A DNA stretch of 64,000 bases. Origin: Chloropicon primus (lineage: Eukaryota). Below the pieces are notes generated by a model. The model worked only from the letters and a program-made list of their open reading frames with translations. It was not told the DNA's origin and ran no database searches. Of this stretch, positions 29,704-41,259 are shown in pieces. Position 1 is the first letter of the stretch. Every line of letters begins with the position of its first letter. The translations under genes were made by a program, and so were the position numbers. Location: NCBI GenBank assembly GCA_023205875.1, contig CP060770.1:62001-126000 (forward strand), written 5' to 3'.

Positions 29704-30591
29704 TCACTTTATGCCAACTCATACTCTTCTGCAGGAGGAGCCAGAGCCTTTCAATCGATGAGGTTAGAAGAAGGTGAGGAGCAAAGCATGGAATAATCGA
29801 TCACGAGGAGTTATCCACCGAAGTGCCCGCCAGCCGAACTTTCGTTCAACACACGGCTCACCCTCCCTCCCAGCCATGAAAAGGACTTCTACGCCTTGGA
29901 CACAATTCTCTCTCTCCATGGCCACGAAAAGGGAATGGCCTGCAGACCAGACAGACAGAGAGAGAAGAGAGTCGGCCATCCATTGAAAAGGGAATACCTT
30001 TGCCATCCATCATCCCCTCGTCCCCTTGTACATCATCCCTCCCTCCATCCCGGTCGCAGTAGTCGCCTCCTCCTGCATGAATGGGCCTGACTCTCCTTCC
30101 CATCGGATGCCGGCTAAGTAAGTCTCCTCGTCCATGATGGTGGAGCCTGCCTTCGAAGCCACTGCAAGCTGTGATGTCGGAGACCCCCGCATGCTCCTCA
30201 AGGACAAGTCCCTCTGCTCCAACCAAGGACAACGCGTCAGAGTCCCCTTCATCACCTGACCCCATGCTCACAGAGGTCCCTCCAACCCAAGGACAAGAAC
30301 GCAAACCATCGAGAGGTGGGATGCAAGCTTCATCAACCAGAGGAGGGGTGGTGGTGGTGGTCAACGCAACGACCACGAAAAGAGCACCGGAGGGGAGCGG
30401 GAGAGCCAAAGTGAGTCGATTGTCCACCTATGACGTCCCTTTCTCATCCTTCCCGACTTTGTTCTCTGTGCTGATGTCGAAAACTCTCTCTCTTCGCAGT
30501 TTCTAACGTTTGGCTCCTGAGAGTAACGGCAAGCTTGAGGAGGAGGAGAGGAGAGGCCTCGCGGCAGAAGAGGAGGCGAGAGTCGCGGGCG

Positions 30592-33500
30592 ATGCTCGCG
30601 ATGGATCCGACGACGCGTCGCTTGGTGCCGGGGAGGGTTCCGAGGGCGGCATTCTGCGTGGCTGCGGTGCTGACGTTCCTGGTGGCTTGCTGTTGTGCAG
30701 ACGATGGTTCGGTGGCCATACTCGAGAATGGGGACAAGGTGGAAGTGGAGCTGAGGCCTGAGTACCTGGGGCCTGTGATCTGGCCGTGGAGGACCGCGAA
30801 TGAATCGAAGATCCCCGTGAGAAGCCTGAACACCACGCTGGTGACGGGCGAGAGGTCCCCCACCGCCGAGCCGAGCGGCAACGAGCACGACGTCTCCGTG
30901 GTGTACGGGGACGGCGCGCTCGCGGAGAGCTGGGAGGACAAGTCCTGGAATGCGGAAGTCGAGTACGCGAGCTCGTGCCCGAGGAGCGCGGCCACGAGCA
31001 ACGTCACGTCCGACGTGGTCGCTGGGATGAGGGTGCCGAGGTGCGTGGAGGCCGCCGTGAGCGAGACGGGGGGGCTGAGCTTTGGGTTGGAGAACAGCAC
31101 CGTCTCTGGCGACCTGCACACGTTGGTGATGTGGATCTTCATCGAACCTCCGGACGAGGAAGAGGGAGCAGAGGCCGGGGAGATCTCCTCGAGGACCGTC
31201 AATATCTGCGACGGCTTGGCGGAGGATGACGTCCTCTGCCCCGCGGTGCGAATCCTCGCCGGCCGCATCGATACCTCTCCGCAGGAAGGCCCACTGAAGC
31301 TTTTCCTCCACAAGGGAAACAGCATCTTCAGCATTCCCCTCGTTCTGGCGGGGGGCGGGGAGTTCGCCATTGGAGACTGGAACCGAGTCAGCATTCCACT
31401 GGGCGCTGCCGGGTGGGGAGGGAACCGGGACTGGGACCGCCTGTCGATCATGTCCAACCAGGAGACGGAAGGGACCAGGAGGGAGACGATCAAAGTGTAT
31501 ATCGGAACCGTCTCCCTGGAGCCCAGAAGGGAGACTGCAATCCTGTCGCAGCGGCCCGTGAATTCGACTTCAGAGGAGGGGGAGATCATCGACGAGAGCC
31601 AGGCCTCGAGGCTGGAGGAAATCGGTGTTCAGGTGAAAGGGACGAGCCTCATGGGCAGCAAAACCCAAACGAAAGAGGTGCTGAGACGCAAGCTGTACGA
31701 CAGTGTCGCTGGTGGCATTCAAGAGGGGGTGAGCGACTGGTCCTGGAGAGCCGAGGAGGACGAAGGGGAGGAGTTTGGTTTGTGCAAAACCCTGGAGTCC
31801 TTCGGGGGCCTGTCTCTGAAAGCTGATCCGGCCTTTGGCAAAGCTTCGAGCCTCAGGTTTTCTGTCAGGCCGCCGAAAACCAGGTTCTACATCAGTCATG
31901 GAGCCAAGATCGAGAGCGTGATGTCGGTCAGGCTGGATGCGACGACAGAGAGAGGAGCAGCGAAGGAGGCAGAAGACCAGGCGCAGGTGCCGTGGCAGAC
32001 TTTCCACACCAGCAGCATGATACCGATGACGATGCCAGTGCCAGAATTGCTGACGAGCAGCCAGTCGGGCGACCACTGGCTCACAGGAGTCTTGCCTCTC
32101 ACCGACACGTCTCACGCTTGGGACAGGATCAGTTTCATCAACACCTCCCCGGGCACCGTGAGCATCTGCGTCGAGAACGTAACGGCCGAATATTTGATCG
32201 AAACGGTCGAGGCTTCGGAAGCATTGAACGTGAGTTCATCCCTTGAGGTTTGTGTGGCAACGAGGGATCACGACTGACGCTTTTCTCTCCCTCTCCCTCT
32301 CTCTCTTTCTTCATGAAGCTGCCGTCCGTCGGAGAAGAGATGCTCACTTCCAAGAGCATGGCTTGGATGAGAAAAGAAATGGAGAAGAAAATGGACGATC
32401 TCTTGAAAACTTCTGTCACGAGCTTTGCAGAGCTTCCCAGGGATGGAGGAGGTGAGTCTCGATTCGATGGTGTTTCACCCCGCTCATTGTTCGCTGACGC
32501 CCGGTTTCCTTTTCCAGTGGCGGTGCCAGCAGCGGAAGAGGACAATCTGCCTCTTGTCTTTTACATCAGCATGGTGACCATAGGCGCGCTGACTTTGGCC
32601 GTCTTAGCGTTTGTAGCCTACCAGCTGGTCACGAAGGGCAAGCTCAAGGTGTCCATGGGCAAGCTGGGAGAATTCTGGCAAACGACTGCAGAAGCGGACA
32701 GCCTCTCCTCGTCGTACTCTGCGCCGTCGACGCAATGCGAACGCATCCGGTTTGCGGAGATCGACTGTGATTTCGACTACTCGAAAGCCATCGGCCTAGG
32801 GTCCACCTGTGCCGTCTTCAAGGGAAAGTGGAAAGGTCTTGACGTGGCAATCAAGGCGATTCACTGGGCCGGGGATGGGCAGAAGCCTCCCGCAGGCCAG
32901 ACGGCGATATGCCGAGAGATGGAAATCATCTCGAGCGTTCGATCCCCCTTCGTCGTAGGCTATCACGGCTTTGCCCATGCCAACGACACCACGTACTTGC
33001 TGCTCGAGATGTGTTTCGGAAACTTGCAGTCCTGCATGAGAAAGGGCGAGGTTTCTTTTTCCATGTTGCAGGCGTTGAGGATTCTGAGGCACGTCATCCA
33101 GGGCCTCCAGCATCTGAACGAGGCCAGGATCTCACACCGAGACGTCAAATCGAGCAACGTTCTCCTCACTCGCGACGACAAGGACCAAATCGTTGGCAAG
33201 CTGGGCGATCTTGGGGTCTCAAAGACGTATAACACGGTGCAGCAGAGCCAGCTCGAGACGTTCTGCGGGACGCCTCGGTGGATGGCGCCCGAGAAGCTCT
33301 GCTTGATGGGCTCGAGCAACACCGATCTAGCGATCGGTCTGGGATCGACTAGCCCTGCGAAGGCAGACGTGTACTCGTTCGGCATTGTTGCCTGGGAGGT
33401 GATCTTTTACTGCGTCAACGGATATTACCTCCTCCCTTTCGACGAGTACCAGAACAAGTCCAATAGCTTTCTCTCCGGGAGCGGCATCTACGACTCCTTG

Positions 33501-33794
33501 ACCTGCTCCACCGTATTCAACGATGCGTCGAATGAGGACCCCACAATCCTGGATCAAAGCAACAGCACGCTGGAGAGCTCCAACAGCCTCGCCAGGAGCG
33601 CGGTGTGGGACAGGTGCTTCGAGGCGTCGCTCTACAGCCAGATTATCAGCGGCGCGAGGCCAAGCTTACCTCAAGACTGCAGCTCTTCTCTCGCCGACCT
33701 CATCAAAGAGTGCTGGAGCGGCGATCCCAACGCAAGACCCACCTTTAGCGCCATCTCAAAGAGGCTTGAGGTTCTCATCGAGACCACAATTTAA
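30592..33794 (+). CDS. Receptor-like TKL-group protein kinase (signal peptide, ectodomain, TM, kinase); introns ~32248-32318 and ~32452-32517
   Basis: Signal segment AAFCVAAVLTFLVACCCA; TM VFYISMVTIGALTLAVLAFVAY; kinase motifs IGLGSTCAV, VAIK, HRDVKSSN, DLG, GTPRWMAPE, DVYSFGI and CWSGDPNARPTF. Confidence 0.85.
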
Positions 33795-33844
33795 GAATTC
33801 TAGACACAAAACATTATACAATACGATCCGTTTCACTTCATGCC

Positions 33845-34186
33845 CATCGCCAATCAATCAATCAATCGTCCTCTTGCTTGTATCAATCCATTGTGGTCTC
33901 TAGGGAAAGGGAAAGAGCCCGTGGAGGAAGGGACCTTGGCACCACCTGTCACAACCCCTCCCCACCCTCCATCATCATCATCATCATCATCTGGACCTCC
34001 TCCTTCCATCACCTGGACCTCCTTCCATCGCCAGTCAATCAATCAATCGTCCTCTTGCTTGTATCAATCCATTGTGGTCTCTAGGGAAAGGGAAAGAGCC
34101 CGTGGAGGAAGGGACCTTGGCACCACCTGTCACAACCCCTCCCCACCCTCCATCATCATCATCATCATCACCTGGACCTCCTCCTC
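33845..34186. repeat. Tandem duplication, ~160 bp near-identical copies at 181-bp period
   Basis: tcaatcaatcaatcgtcctcttgcttgtatcaatccattgtggtctctagggaaagggaaagagcccgtggaggaagggaccttggc...catcatcat occurs twice. Confidence 0.92.
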
Positions 34187-34233
34187 CTTCCGCTCCCCCT
34201 CCTTGATCTCCCCCCTCGAAGCAGGAAAGCAAG

Positions 34234-35148
34234 ATGGCGCTGGTGGAACTGAAGAGGCGAACGTTCGCACTGGAGCGTCGTGCGGATGGGACGCGTCACA
34301 GGGAGGAGGCGGAGGCGGAGGCGGATCGGTTGGCCGACTGGACAAGGTGTCCGAAGATGCACCACGACGTCCAGCAAGCGTTGAGTTTGGCGCGAGAGAT
34401 ACTCGAACTTCACTCCAAGGATGGGGATGGCCAAGTGGATGCAGAGGAGGAGGGAGGGGAGGAGGCGAGAGAGTGCATGAGGTCCCTGCGTGATGTAGAG
34501 AGTCGACTGAGGCGTCTGGACTTGCCTAGCTTTGCGAGGCCGGCAGCGACACTCTCCAGAGGGAAGCGGGTCCACCAGGCTGCTACCGTCGCGGGACTGG
34601 GCAAGGGCGAGGAGGAAGGAGAAGAGCGGCACGGGGTGAGCGGGGGTGCGACCAGAATTCCGAGTTACACGACGAAGCCTAGCAGAAAAGTGATGGAGCA
34701 TCTTTCCGTCCACGAAGATTTGAGCGAGGAGATCCTTCAGATGACTCAACAGCTCAAGGACAACGCGAACAAGTTCAAGGGAAAGCTGGAAGTGCAAGCC
34801 AAACAACTGGACCAGGCCGAGGAGCAGCTCGAGAAGAACGTCTCCAATGTCAAGAGGCGGAATAAGCAAGCGAAGGCCTTTTACAAGAGGAACTGGGCAA
34901 CGAGCTGCACCTCCTACATTCTCCTGTTCTGGGTCGCAGTGGGTTTCACCATGATGTAAGTCAGCTTGTTTCCCAGGACTCGACAACAAGGCCTCCTGCG
35001 CAAAGTCTTGCTCTGCTCTGGTGCACTCACCTGCTGACTGACTCTGACTCCTGCTTCTCTCCCTCTCTCTCACCCGTGGCTGGTGATTAGGTACGTCTTC
35101 ATCAAGTTCTCATCCATCGCCGGGTACTCTGGTGCCAAGGAGCTCTAG
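34234..35148 (+). CDS. USE1: Qc-SNARE USE1-like; intron 34956-35090
   Basis: SNARE heptad HEDLSEEILQMTQQLKDNA...LDQAEEQLEKN, then C-terminal TM SYILLFWVAVGFTMMYVFIK after splicing. Confidence 0.75.
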
Positions 35149-35245
35149 CATATGTAGTAGGTTTATTTTTTTTTGTAAATTATGATGTGACTGCTCGCCG
35201 CTGTCGCTCTCACTCTCGCTCTCGCTCCGGTCTCTTTTCTTGTGG

Positions 35246-36761
35246 TCATATTCCTGGGATGCTGTCCCAGTTGGCCTGCATCTCGCGCTGGGAGATGCGG
35301 CTGTTCTTCGGGCTGCCGTCAACTTGCCTTTGCAGGTCCTTCACCTGCTGCTGCCTCGCACTCGCAGCGCTGCTGCTGTTGCTGCGGTAGTATTGGACCG
35401 AATTCTGCTTCTGGTGAGGGAGGGGAGGCACCATTCTTGGTGTGTTGATCCTCGTACCCGCGTAGCTGGTGTATGCCGAGGAAGCTTGGGAGTTCGAAGG
35501 CATGTGAAGGGCCTGCTCATCGAAATCTTCGATGTTTTGGTCCATCTCCTGGAGGTAGGATACGAGCTGGCTTGCAATGATTTGCTGGTCCGCGATAACT
35601 TGCGACTCCTCGAGATCGAGCTCCTGGTCAACGTATCGCTCGTTCTCATCTAGTGCTTCAGCCTCGGCCGCGTCCTCGCCCACCTCAACATCGTTCAGAT
35701 GAATGATGCTGGTGGTCTCCGCCAGCCGGCCCACCTCCGCACCCAAGGTGTTATAAAAGATGCCATCGATCTCAAACGCGATGTTCGATGAAGTCAGCCT
35801 CGCCAACCGAGTTCCCTGCCCGTGGTTCATCATCGCCGCGCTAGTCTCGCCATTGAGCGTCAAGCTCTGCATGGACAAGCTGCTTGGACCACAAGTGCTG
35901 TTGAGGGACGTCCTTCCGAAAGCGTCAGGCTCCAGCCCTGTACCCGCGGAGCGGCTGCTCGCAGCCGTCTGCCGTGAGGCTGGGTGGGAGAGGTATGCCG
36001 TGGACGGAGTTGGGGGCAGAATGCGCTGGCTGCCAAGAAACGAAGTGACGAGATTCTGAAGGATCTCTTTCTTGGGCCAGTGCTTGACTTTATCGAGGTT
36101 ATCGATGACTTCAAACCCGTTCTTGTTTCTGATTTTCCCAAGGGCGTAGACAGGCACCTCCACAACACTTCCGTTCGCCACGATGACGATGCAATCTGAG
36201 TGGCGCGTTGGTTCCAAGAACAGGGTCAGCTGACTCTCCATACACACACAAGCAAGTTCACTTTCGATAGACTCACCTTTGAAGTTTTCCTCCACTTGCA
36301 GGAGCTCGGCCGGCGGGCTCAAGGTGATGCGAATCTGTATGACGGTGCCCCTCTGCAAGCCATCTTTTGCTACCAACAGCTCCTTCTGATGATCGACACT
36401 TCCCTCTGCTCCCTCGTCGTCGGTGTCGTACTGCTCCTGGCCCACCACCTCAGCTTTGAAGCACGGCGTGAGGCACTGAGATGCAGTCACGCTGACTGGC
36501 CCAGGACGCTCCACTTTCAGCAACAACGTTCTGCTCCTGCAAAGAGTAAGTGACAAGCAAAGCAAAGCAAGAGGTGGTGGTGGTGGTTGTCGACGACGAC
36601 CCCATATCAGTATGTATGTTGTGTGGATGTCTTGTGTGACACAGGAAATGGTTGCAGCTTGGTTTGATCGTCCCTTTAGGTACCACGGGGTCACATCGCC
36701 CGCTAGTCCTCTTCTCGTGGAGCCTTGGAGCCTTCCCCTTGGTTTGCCTTCGAGGCATCAT
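35246..36761 (-). CDS. Hypothetical protein, possible Ig-like/ASH-type N-terminal domain; exon structure uncertain
   Basis: 482-aa ORF with a beta-rich segment (GTVIQIRITLSP...HSDCIVIVANGSVVEVPVYA). The 5' end is probably spliced. Confidence 0.5.
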
Positions 36762-37118
36762 TCCGAACCCAGGAGACGAAGAGACACTTGTGCCACTGCA
36801 AGTCGTCGGTTGGTTTGTCTGCAGTTGTCACGTTTCGTCACGTACCTTGCTGTCCCTTCTCTCTTCCAATCTCTGAAGAGCACGCTCGAGGGTGTCGCCC
36901 TCACTACCGGTGTCGGTGCAGAAGTGGACGCCTCCATCATCATCCCTTGCTTGCTCGCTCCTATCTGATGGAACCTCTGTTGCACAAAATGGGTTTAACC
37001 TGGTCAAGTGAGGGTTTAAATGAAAGCCAAAGAGACGTACTTTCGTCTGATGTTCCTTTTCTTGCCCTCCTGTTGCGTCCTGGTGCCTTCCTTTGCCGCT
37101 GAAGTTGTCGGTCTTGGA

Positions 37119-37164
37119 CCAAAGTGCCCTGATCCTAAGGACAAAGTGCCCTGATCCCAAGGAC
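37119..37164. repeat. 22-bp tandem duplication
   Basis: caaagtgccctgatcctaagga followed by caaagtgccctgatcccaagga. Confidence 0.8.
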
Positions 37165-37399
37165 AATTCAAAATTCCACAACAGGTTGTGGGAGGAGGAG
37201 AACGCAAGACGAGGTAAGTGACCGAGAAGAGGGCGGCAAGGGCCCCAGGGATGCGAGTGTAAGCATCTTAGGCGGAAGAATCGTTTCATTGTCTTTCGAT
37301 TGTGCCGTCACACGAAGGAAATGGTGGAGTATTGAGGATGGAGTGAGCTGAATCATTCAAGTTTGGTTTTGGTTTTGGTGTGACAGAATAGGGAGTGGT

Positions 37400-38896
37400 A
37401 TGGCTGAAGCAGAGGCTGGAGTGGAGTGGAGGGAGGAGGAAGGGGCTGAAGAGGTGGAGAAGGTGACGGGAACGAGCGATCCTGGGTCCGAGGAGGAGGA
37501 GGAAGGCGGTGTTGAAGTAGACTTTGAGGACGTGGACAGGTACCAAGACTCCGAGCCCGAAGAAGCTCAAGGGACGCTTGAACGACAGGACGAGGACTAT
37601 GGCAACTACGAGAACGACTACGAGGAGGAAGACTTCGAATCGGGTGACGACAATCAAGGGACCATGGAGTCAGCCGAGGCGCCAGCAGAAGTGGAGAAGA
37701 GTGCGGACGAGGCAGAGACCCAGTCGTTGAAGGGTGACGAGCAACCTGCAGGCCACTCGGCTCACGTCGAGAAGGTCGAGGAGGATGCGGCGACCGAGTC
37801 GCTCACTGAGATGACGTTCAAGCCGCCAGCAGAGGTGGCCGAGGCTCTTGCTGCAGAGCAAGAATCACAAGCTGAGGAAGTTGCTCCCTCTCACGCACAC
37901 CTCATCATTCCAAGCCCCGAAGAGAAGGAGAAGGAGGAGGAGTTGGCAGGGGAGGAACAGCCGCAGGAGCCCGAAGCGGCTGCGAACATCATACACTCGC
38001 TGTATCCAGAGGGAGAGAAATATCTCAGCCAAGTCCATGAAGCGGAAAGGCAGGCAAGTGCCGGTGAAGCCGAGAATGAACCAGAACCAGAACCTGAACC
38101 TGAACCAGAACCAGAAGAAACGAAAGAGAAACAGGTGGCCGAGGACGAGGCAAGGCTTGGTCCAAAGCCCGAAGAGAAGGTGGTGGCGGTCACAAGCAAC
38201 CCCATCCAGGACATCGCAACAAAAATGGAGGAAAAGGAAGCAGCAGAAAGTGACCACGTCGGCGCGATGGAGCAGTACAAGCAGTACGAGCAGTACCAAG
38301 CAGGTCTCGAGCTCGAGAGGCAGCTCGAGAAGCTGGACATGCAGAGAAAAGCAAGCATGGAGAATGTGAGCCGGGATCTCTTCAACGCATCCAACGCGAA
38401 GCACGGCCACGCCCCTGCGAGCAACGTACAGAGCAGTGGCCTCGAGAGCACTGGTGGCGGAGACTTGGCGGGGAATGTTGACACTAGCTACGTCTCCGTG
38501 CCAACGGTGGAGAGGGCGAGGGCGGAGGAGCCAATCCGACGGTCGGAATGGGTGATGCCGAAAGCGCACGACAATTACGGTGTCCTGCAGCAGAACCAGA
38601 ACCACCGTCAGATGCCTCAGGGCTTGGAGACTGACCTTGACAAGGATCTGAGACACCGGTTGAACATGACTGAGCTGGAGCGAACAGGTCGCCACGAGAA
38701 GCAAGCCCTTTCCGAAATGCAGAACGCAAAGAGGGTGCACACCGTGGGCAGCACCAGGTCTTATCTGGAGGGAACAGTGGTGCCCGTGCTGCGAGAGGCC
38801 ATGAAGGACCTCGCCAGAAAGAGGCCGGAGGATCCATTTGATTTCCTCATCGAGTATCTGCAGAGGAACAAGCCTCAGAGTATGATGCGACGCTGA
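37400..38896 (+). CDS. Acidic protein with C-terminal Dpy-30 (dimerisation/docking) motif
   Basis: C-terminal TRSYLEGTVVPVLREAMKDLARKRPEDPFDFLIEYL is a Dpy-30 motif. The N-terminus is Glu-rich with (EP)n. Confidence 0.82.
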   Translation: MAEAEAGVEWREEEGAEEVEKVTGTSDPGSEEEEEGGVEVDFEDVDRYQDSEPEEAQGTLERQDEDYGNYENDYEEEDFESGDDNQGTMESAEAPAEVEKSADEAETQSLKGDEQPAGHSAHVEKVEEDAATESLTEMTFKPPAEVAEALAAEQESQAEEVAPSHAHLIIPSPEEKEKEEELAGEEQPQEPEAAANIIHSLYPEGEKYLSQVHEAERQASAGEAENEPEPEPEPEPEPEETKEKQVAEDEARLGPKPEEKVVAVTSNPIQDIATKMEEKEAAESDHVGAMEQYKQYEQYQAGLELERQLEKLDMQRKASMENVSRDLFNASNAKHGHAPASNVQSSGLESTGGGDLAGNVDTSYVSVPTVERARAEEPIRRSEWVMPKAHDNYGVLQQNQNHRQMPQGLETDLDKDLRHRLNMTELERTGRHEKQALSEMQNAKRVHTVGSTRSYLEGTVVPVLREAMKDLARKRPEDPFDFLIEYLQRNKPQSMMRR

Positions 38897-38963
38897 CCAC
38901 AGCCACGAATGTAAACTGGGATTACCAAATTTGATTGTTGTTGCACGAGAGCAAACCACTGAC

Positions 38964-40787
38964 TCACGGAGCAACATTAGTGAGCAGCCTTCTCACCACG
39001 GTTTTGAGGGCAATGCACCAGAAGCGGAGCAGGGCGGCGGGCTTAGTCAGCAGCGCGCGAGATACCCTTCGAAAGAGCCCAAACAACTTTCTGTTCGTTC
39101 TGGGCTCCCTCCTTTCCTCGAAGACATCGAGAACCTTGGAGATCATCTCTCCGGTGAGATAACTCTGGAAGAGCTCGGTGGGAAGCGCCTCCGACTCGGA
39201 CAGAACGACCAGGGCTTGGGGAACAGCCGCGGAGACGATCTTGAATTCAGAATCAACCTGGAGGGCTATCCCTTCCAGGGTCGCCAGGGAACGCACGACA
39301 AGGACGTAAAATGGCGGCAGAGTGAACTTGTACTTGACTCCCAGTTTCGCCATCACTTTGAGAAGTTTGGAAAAATTCTTGAACGTCGATTTGCCCATCA
39401 TCTCATCGAAGTCCCTCTCCAAATCTTCCTTCCTCACCGTTGGTTTGAGAAGCTCCAGCTGATCCAAGTCGTCCACGAACCCCCTCCAATCCCCATTGGA
39501 CATGTGGAGTATCGACGACAGCATGCCTTGTCTGTGGCGTGGCTCCACCCTCGTCAACAAACCGAAATCCACGTAAGCAAGCTTGCCCCCGTCGGTATAA
39601 ATGAGATTGCCGGGGTGCGGGTCCGCGTGCATCACTCCCGTCTTGAGCAGTTGGTTGAGGGAACAGGCCACCCCCATGTTCACAAGTTTCTTGAGCTTGA
39701 GCTCGGCTTCCGCCGCAGCGGGGTTCTTGGCCGCGCCTTCCTCGTCGTCGACAAAGTCAAGAAACAGGTTCGCGGGCGAGCTCCCGTCGACCCATTCCAT
39801 GGTGAGGACCCGCTCTGTCGTCAGACCCGGTAAAGGCTCCGGCACGACGAGATACCCCAGCCCTTGGTGGGCAGCGGCGAAAGCCTGGGCATTCTCCGCC
39901 TCAATTCGGTAATCCAGCTCACCGTACAGCCCCGATCCGACTTCATCTGCGATCAGTCTCAAGTCTCGGGTCATACCCGTCATTATTTTCACGGCTTGGA
40001 GCACCCCTCGCAGGATGTAGATATCCACCGCAATCTTTTCCAGAGCCCCTGGCCTCTGCACCTTGACTGCTACTGCCTTCCCCGAGGAATGTCCGGACGA
40101 AGGAAATAATTGCGCGCGGTACACCTGTCCCAAGGACGCCGCCGCGACTGGATTCTCGTCGATGTCCTGGAAAACCTCTTGGATCGGCCTCCCCAATTCT
40201 TCTTCCATGATCTCGAACGCCAAGCGATTGCTGAATGGCCTCGCCCTGTCCTGGAAGCTCCCCAACTCGGAGGCCAGGTCCTCGCCAATCAGATCGGGTC
40301 TCGTCGATAAGGTCTGCGCGATTTTCATGAAAGCTGGACCAAGCCTCTCGACGATTTCCCTGTACGCCGCGTACTGCTTGGACCTGTCGCTTCGGAACAT
40401 CGCTGTGGAGGCGAGGGCTCTCGTCCCCGCGGCCAAGACTTCGAGCAACCGATTCGCGACCAGCACCGGTCGAGTCTTGAAGTAACTTTCCAAAACGTGC
40501 GGATCGTATTCGCCTGCAGCCCCCGCTGGTGTGGGTGCCAAGGGTGCGGGATCTTCTCGCCCGTGGCTCCAACCCTGTGCCGAGGCATGGTCAACCCCCA
40601 CCTCTACCCGCGCCTCCTCCCTCACCACTCTCCCCCTGGCGTTCCTAACACAACAACGTCTTTGCCTTGGCGACTCCCCGCCCCCTCTGAACCAGACGGA
40701 GCTCGCGTGGCTCACCTCGCACGCAGGTGACGCGCACGACCAACGACCCGACGTCACACGCTGTGCACGAACCATCGCCATCGTCAT
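38964..40787 (-). CDS. ABC1/UbiB atypical kinase (ABC1K), likely organelle-targeted
   Basis: LGPAFMKIAQTLSTRPDL, PVAAASLGQVYRA, VAVKVQRP, HADPHPGN and YVDFG motifs; Arg/Ser-rich N-terminus. Confidence 0.92.
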   Translation of the reverse strand: MTMAMVRAQRVTSGRWSCASPACEVSHASSVWFRGGGESPRQRRCCVRNARGRVVREEARVEVGVDHASAQGWSHGREDPAPLAPTPAGAAGEYDPHVLESYFKTRPVLVANRLLEVLAAGTRALASTAMFRSDRSKQYAAYREIVERLGPAFMKIAQTLSTRPDLIGEDLASELGSFQDRARPFSNRLAFEIMEEELGRPIQEVFQDIDENPVAAASLGQVYRAQLFPSSGHSSGKAVAVKVQRPGALEKIAVDIYILRGVLQAVKIMTGMTRDLRLIADEVGSGLYGELDYRIEAENAQAFAAAHQGLGYLVVPEPLPGLTTERVLTMEWVDGSSPANLFLDFVDDEEGAAKNPAAAEAELKLKKLVNMGVACSLNQLLKTGVMHADPHPGNLIYTDGGKLAYVDFGLLTRVEPRHRQGMLSSILHMSNGDWRGFVDDLDQLELLKPTVRKEDLERDFDEMMGKSTFKNFSKLLKVMAKLGVKYKFTLPPFYVLVVRSLATLEGIALQVDSEFKIVSAAVPQALVVLSESEALPTELFQSYLTGEMISKVLDVFEERREPRTNRKLFGLFRRVSRALLTKPAALLRFWCIALKTVVRRLLTNVAP

Positions 40788-40802
40788 CAGCCCTCACTCC
40801 CC

Positions 40803-41000
40803 TCACCACTTCTCTGCAGCAGCAGCAGGAGTTGCCTCCTCGTCCTTGTTCGCCTTCTTCTTGAAAGCGTAAGGGCAGTTGAGGCAACCGCTCTTGCAGC
40901 AATGCCCCCTAGCGAGGAGAAACTCTCGACTCAGTGGCTCGTACTTTGGCTTCGCCTCTTGCCTCTTCGTTCCTTCCTCACCATCATCCACCAGCACCAT
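40803..41000 (-). CDS. Small Cys-rich DUF5522-type protein
   Basis: FLLARGHCCKSGCLNCPY matches the DUF5522 LLxRGxCCxxGCxxCPY motif. Confidence 0.75.
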   Translation of the reverse strand: MVLVDDGEEGTKRQEAKPKYEPLSREFLLARGHCCKSGCLNCPYAFKKKANKDEEATPAAAAEKW

Positions 41001-41259
41001 CTCACCACCCTTCTCCTCGTTTTGTGGTCACCAAACCGCCATTCCCTTCGAGTGAGAGCTCTTTTGAAAGAGGAAGAGACGCCGCTTCGATGTTTGTGCA
41101 CCACGCTCGGCCGTGTGACCTTCCCCTTCCTCAAGAGGCGCGTCTTCTTCGTCCTCCAACGTTCCTCCTTCCAGATCTGTTTGAAGAAGAGAAAACAGAG
41201 AGAGGAGGAGGAGGAAATCAGAAGCGAAGGTCGATGACAGGGGTGAGACATTGTCTTGG

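Noticed and set aside
29858..30427. Overlapping short minus-strand ORFs
   Set aside because: No recognisable domain or clear frame preference; cannot support a gene call.
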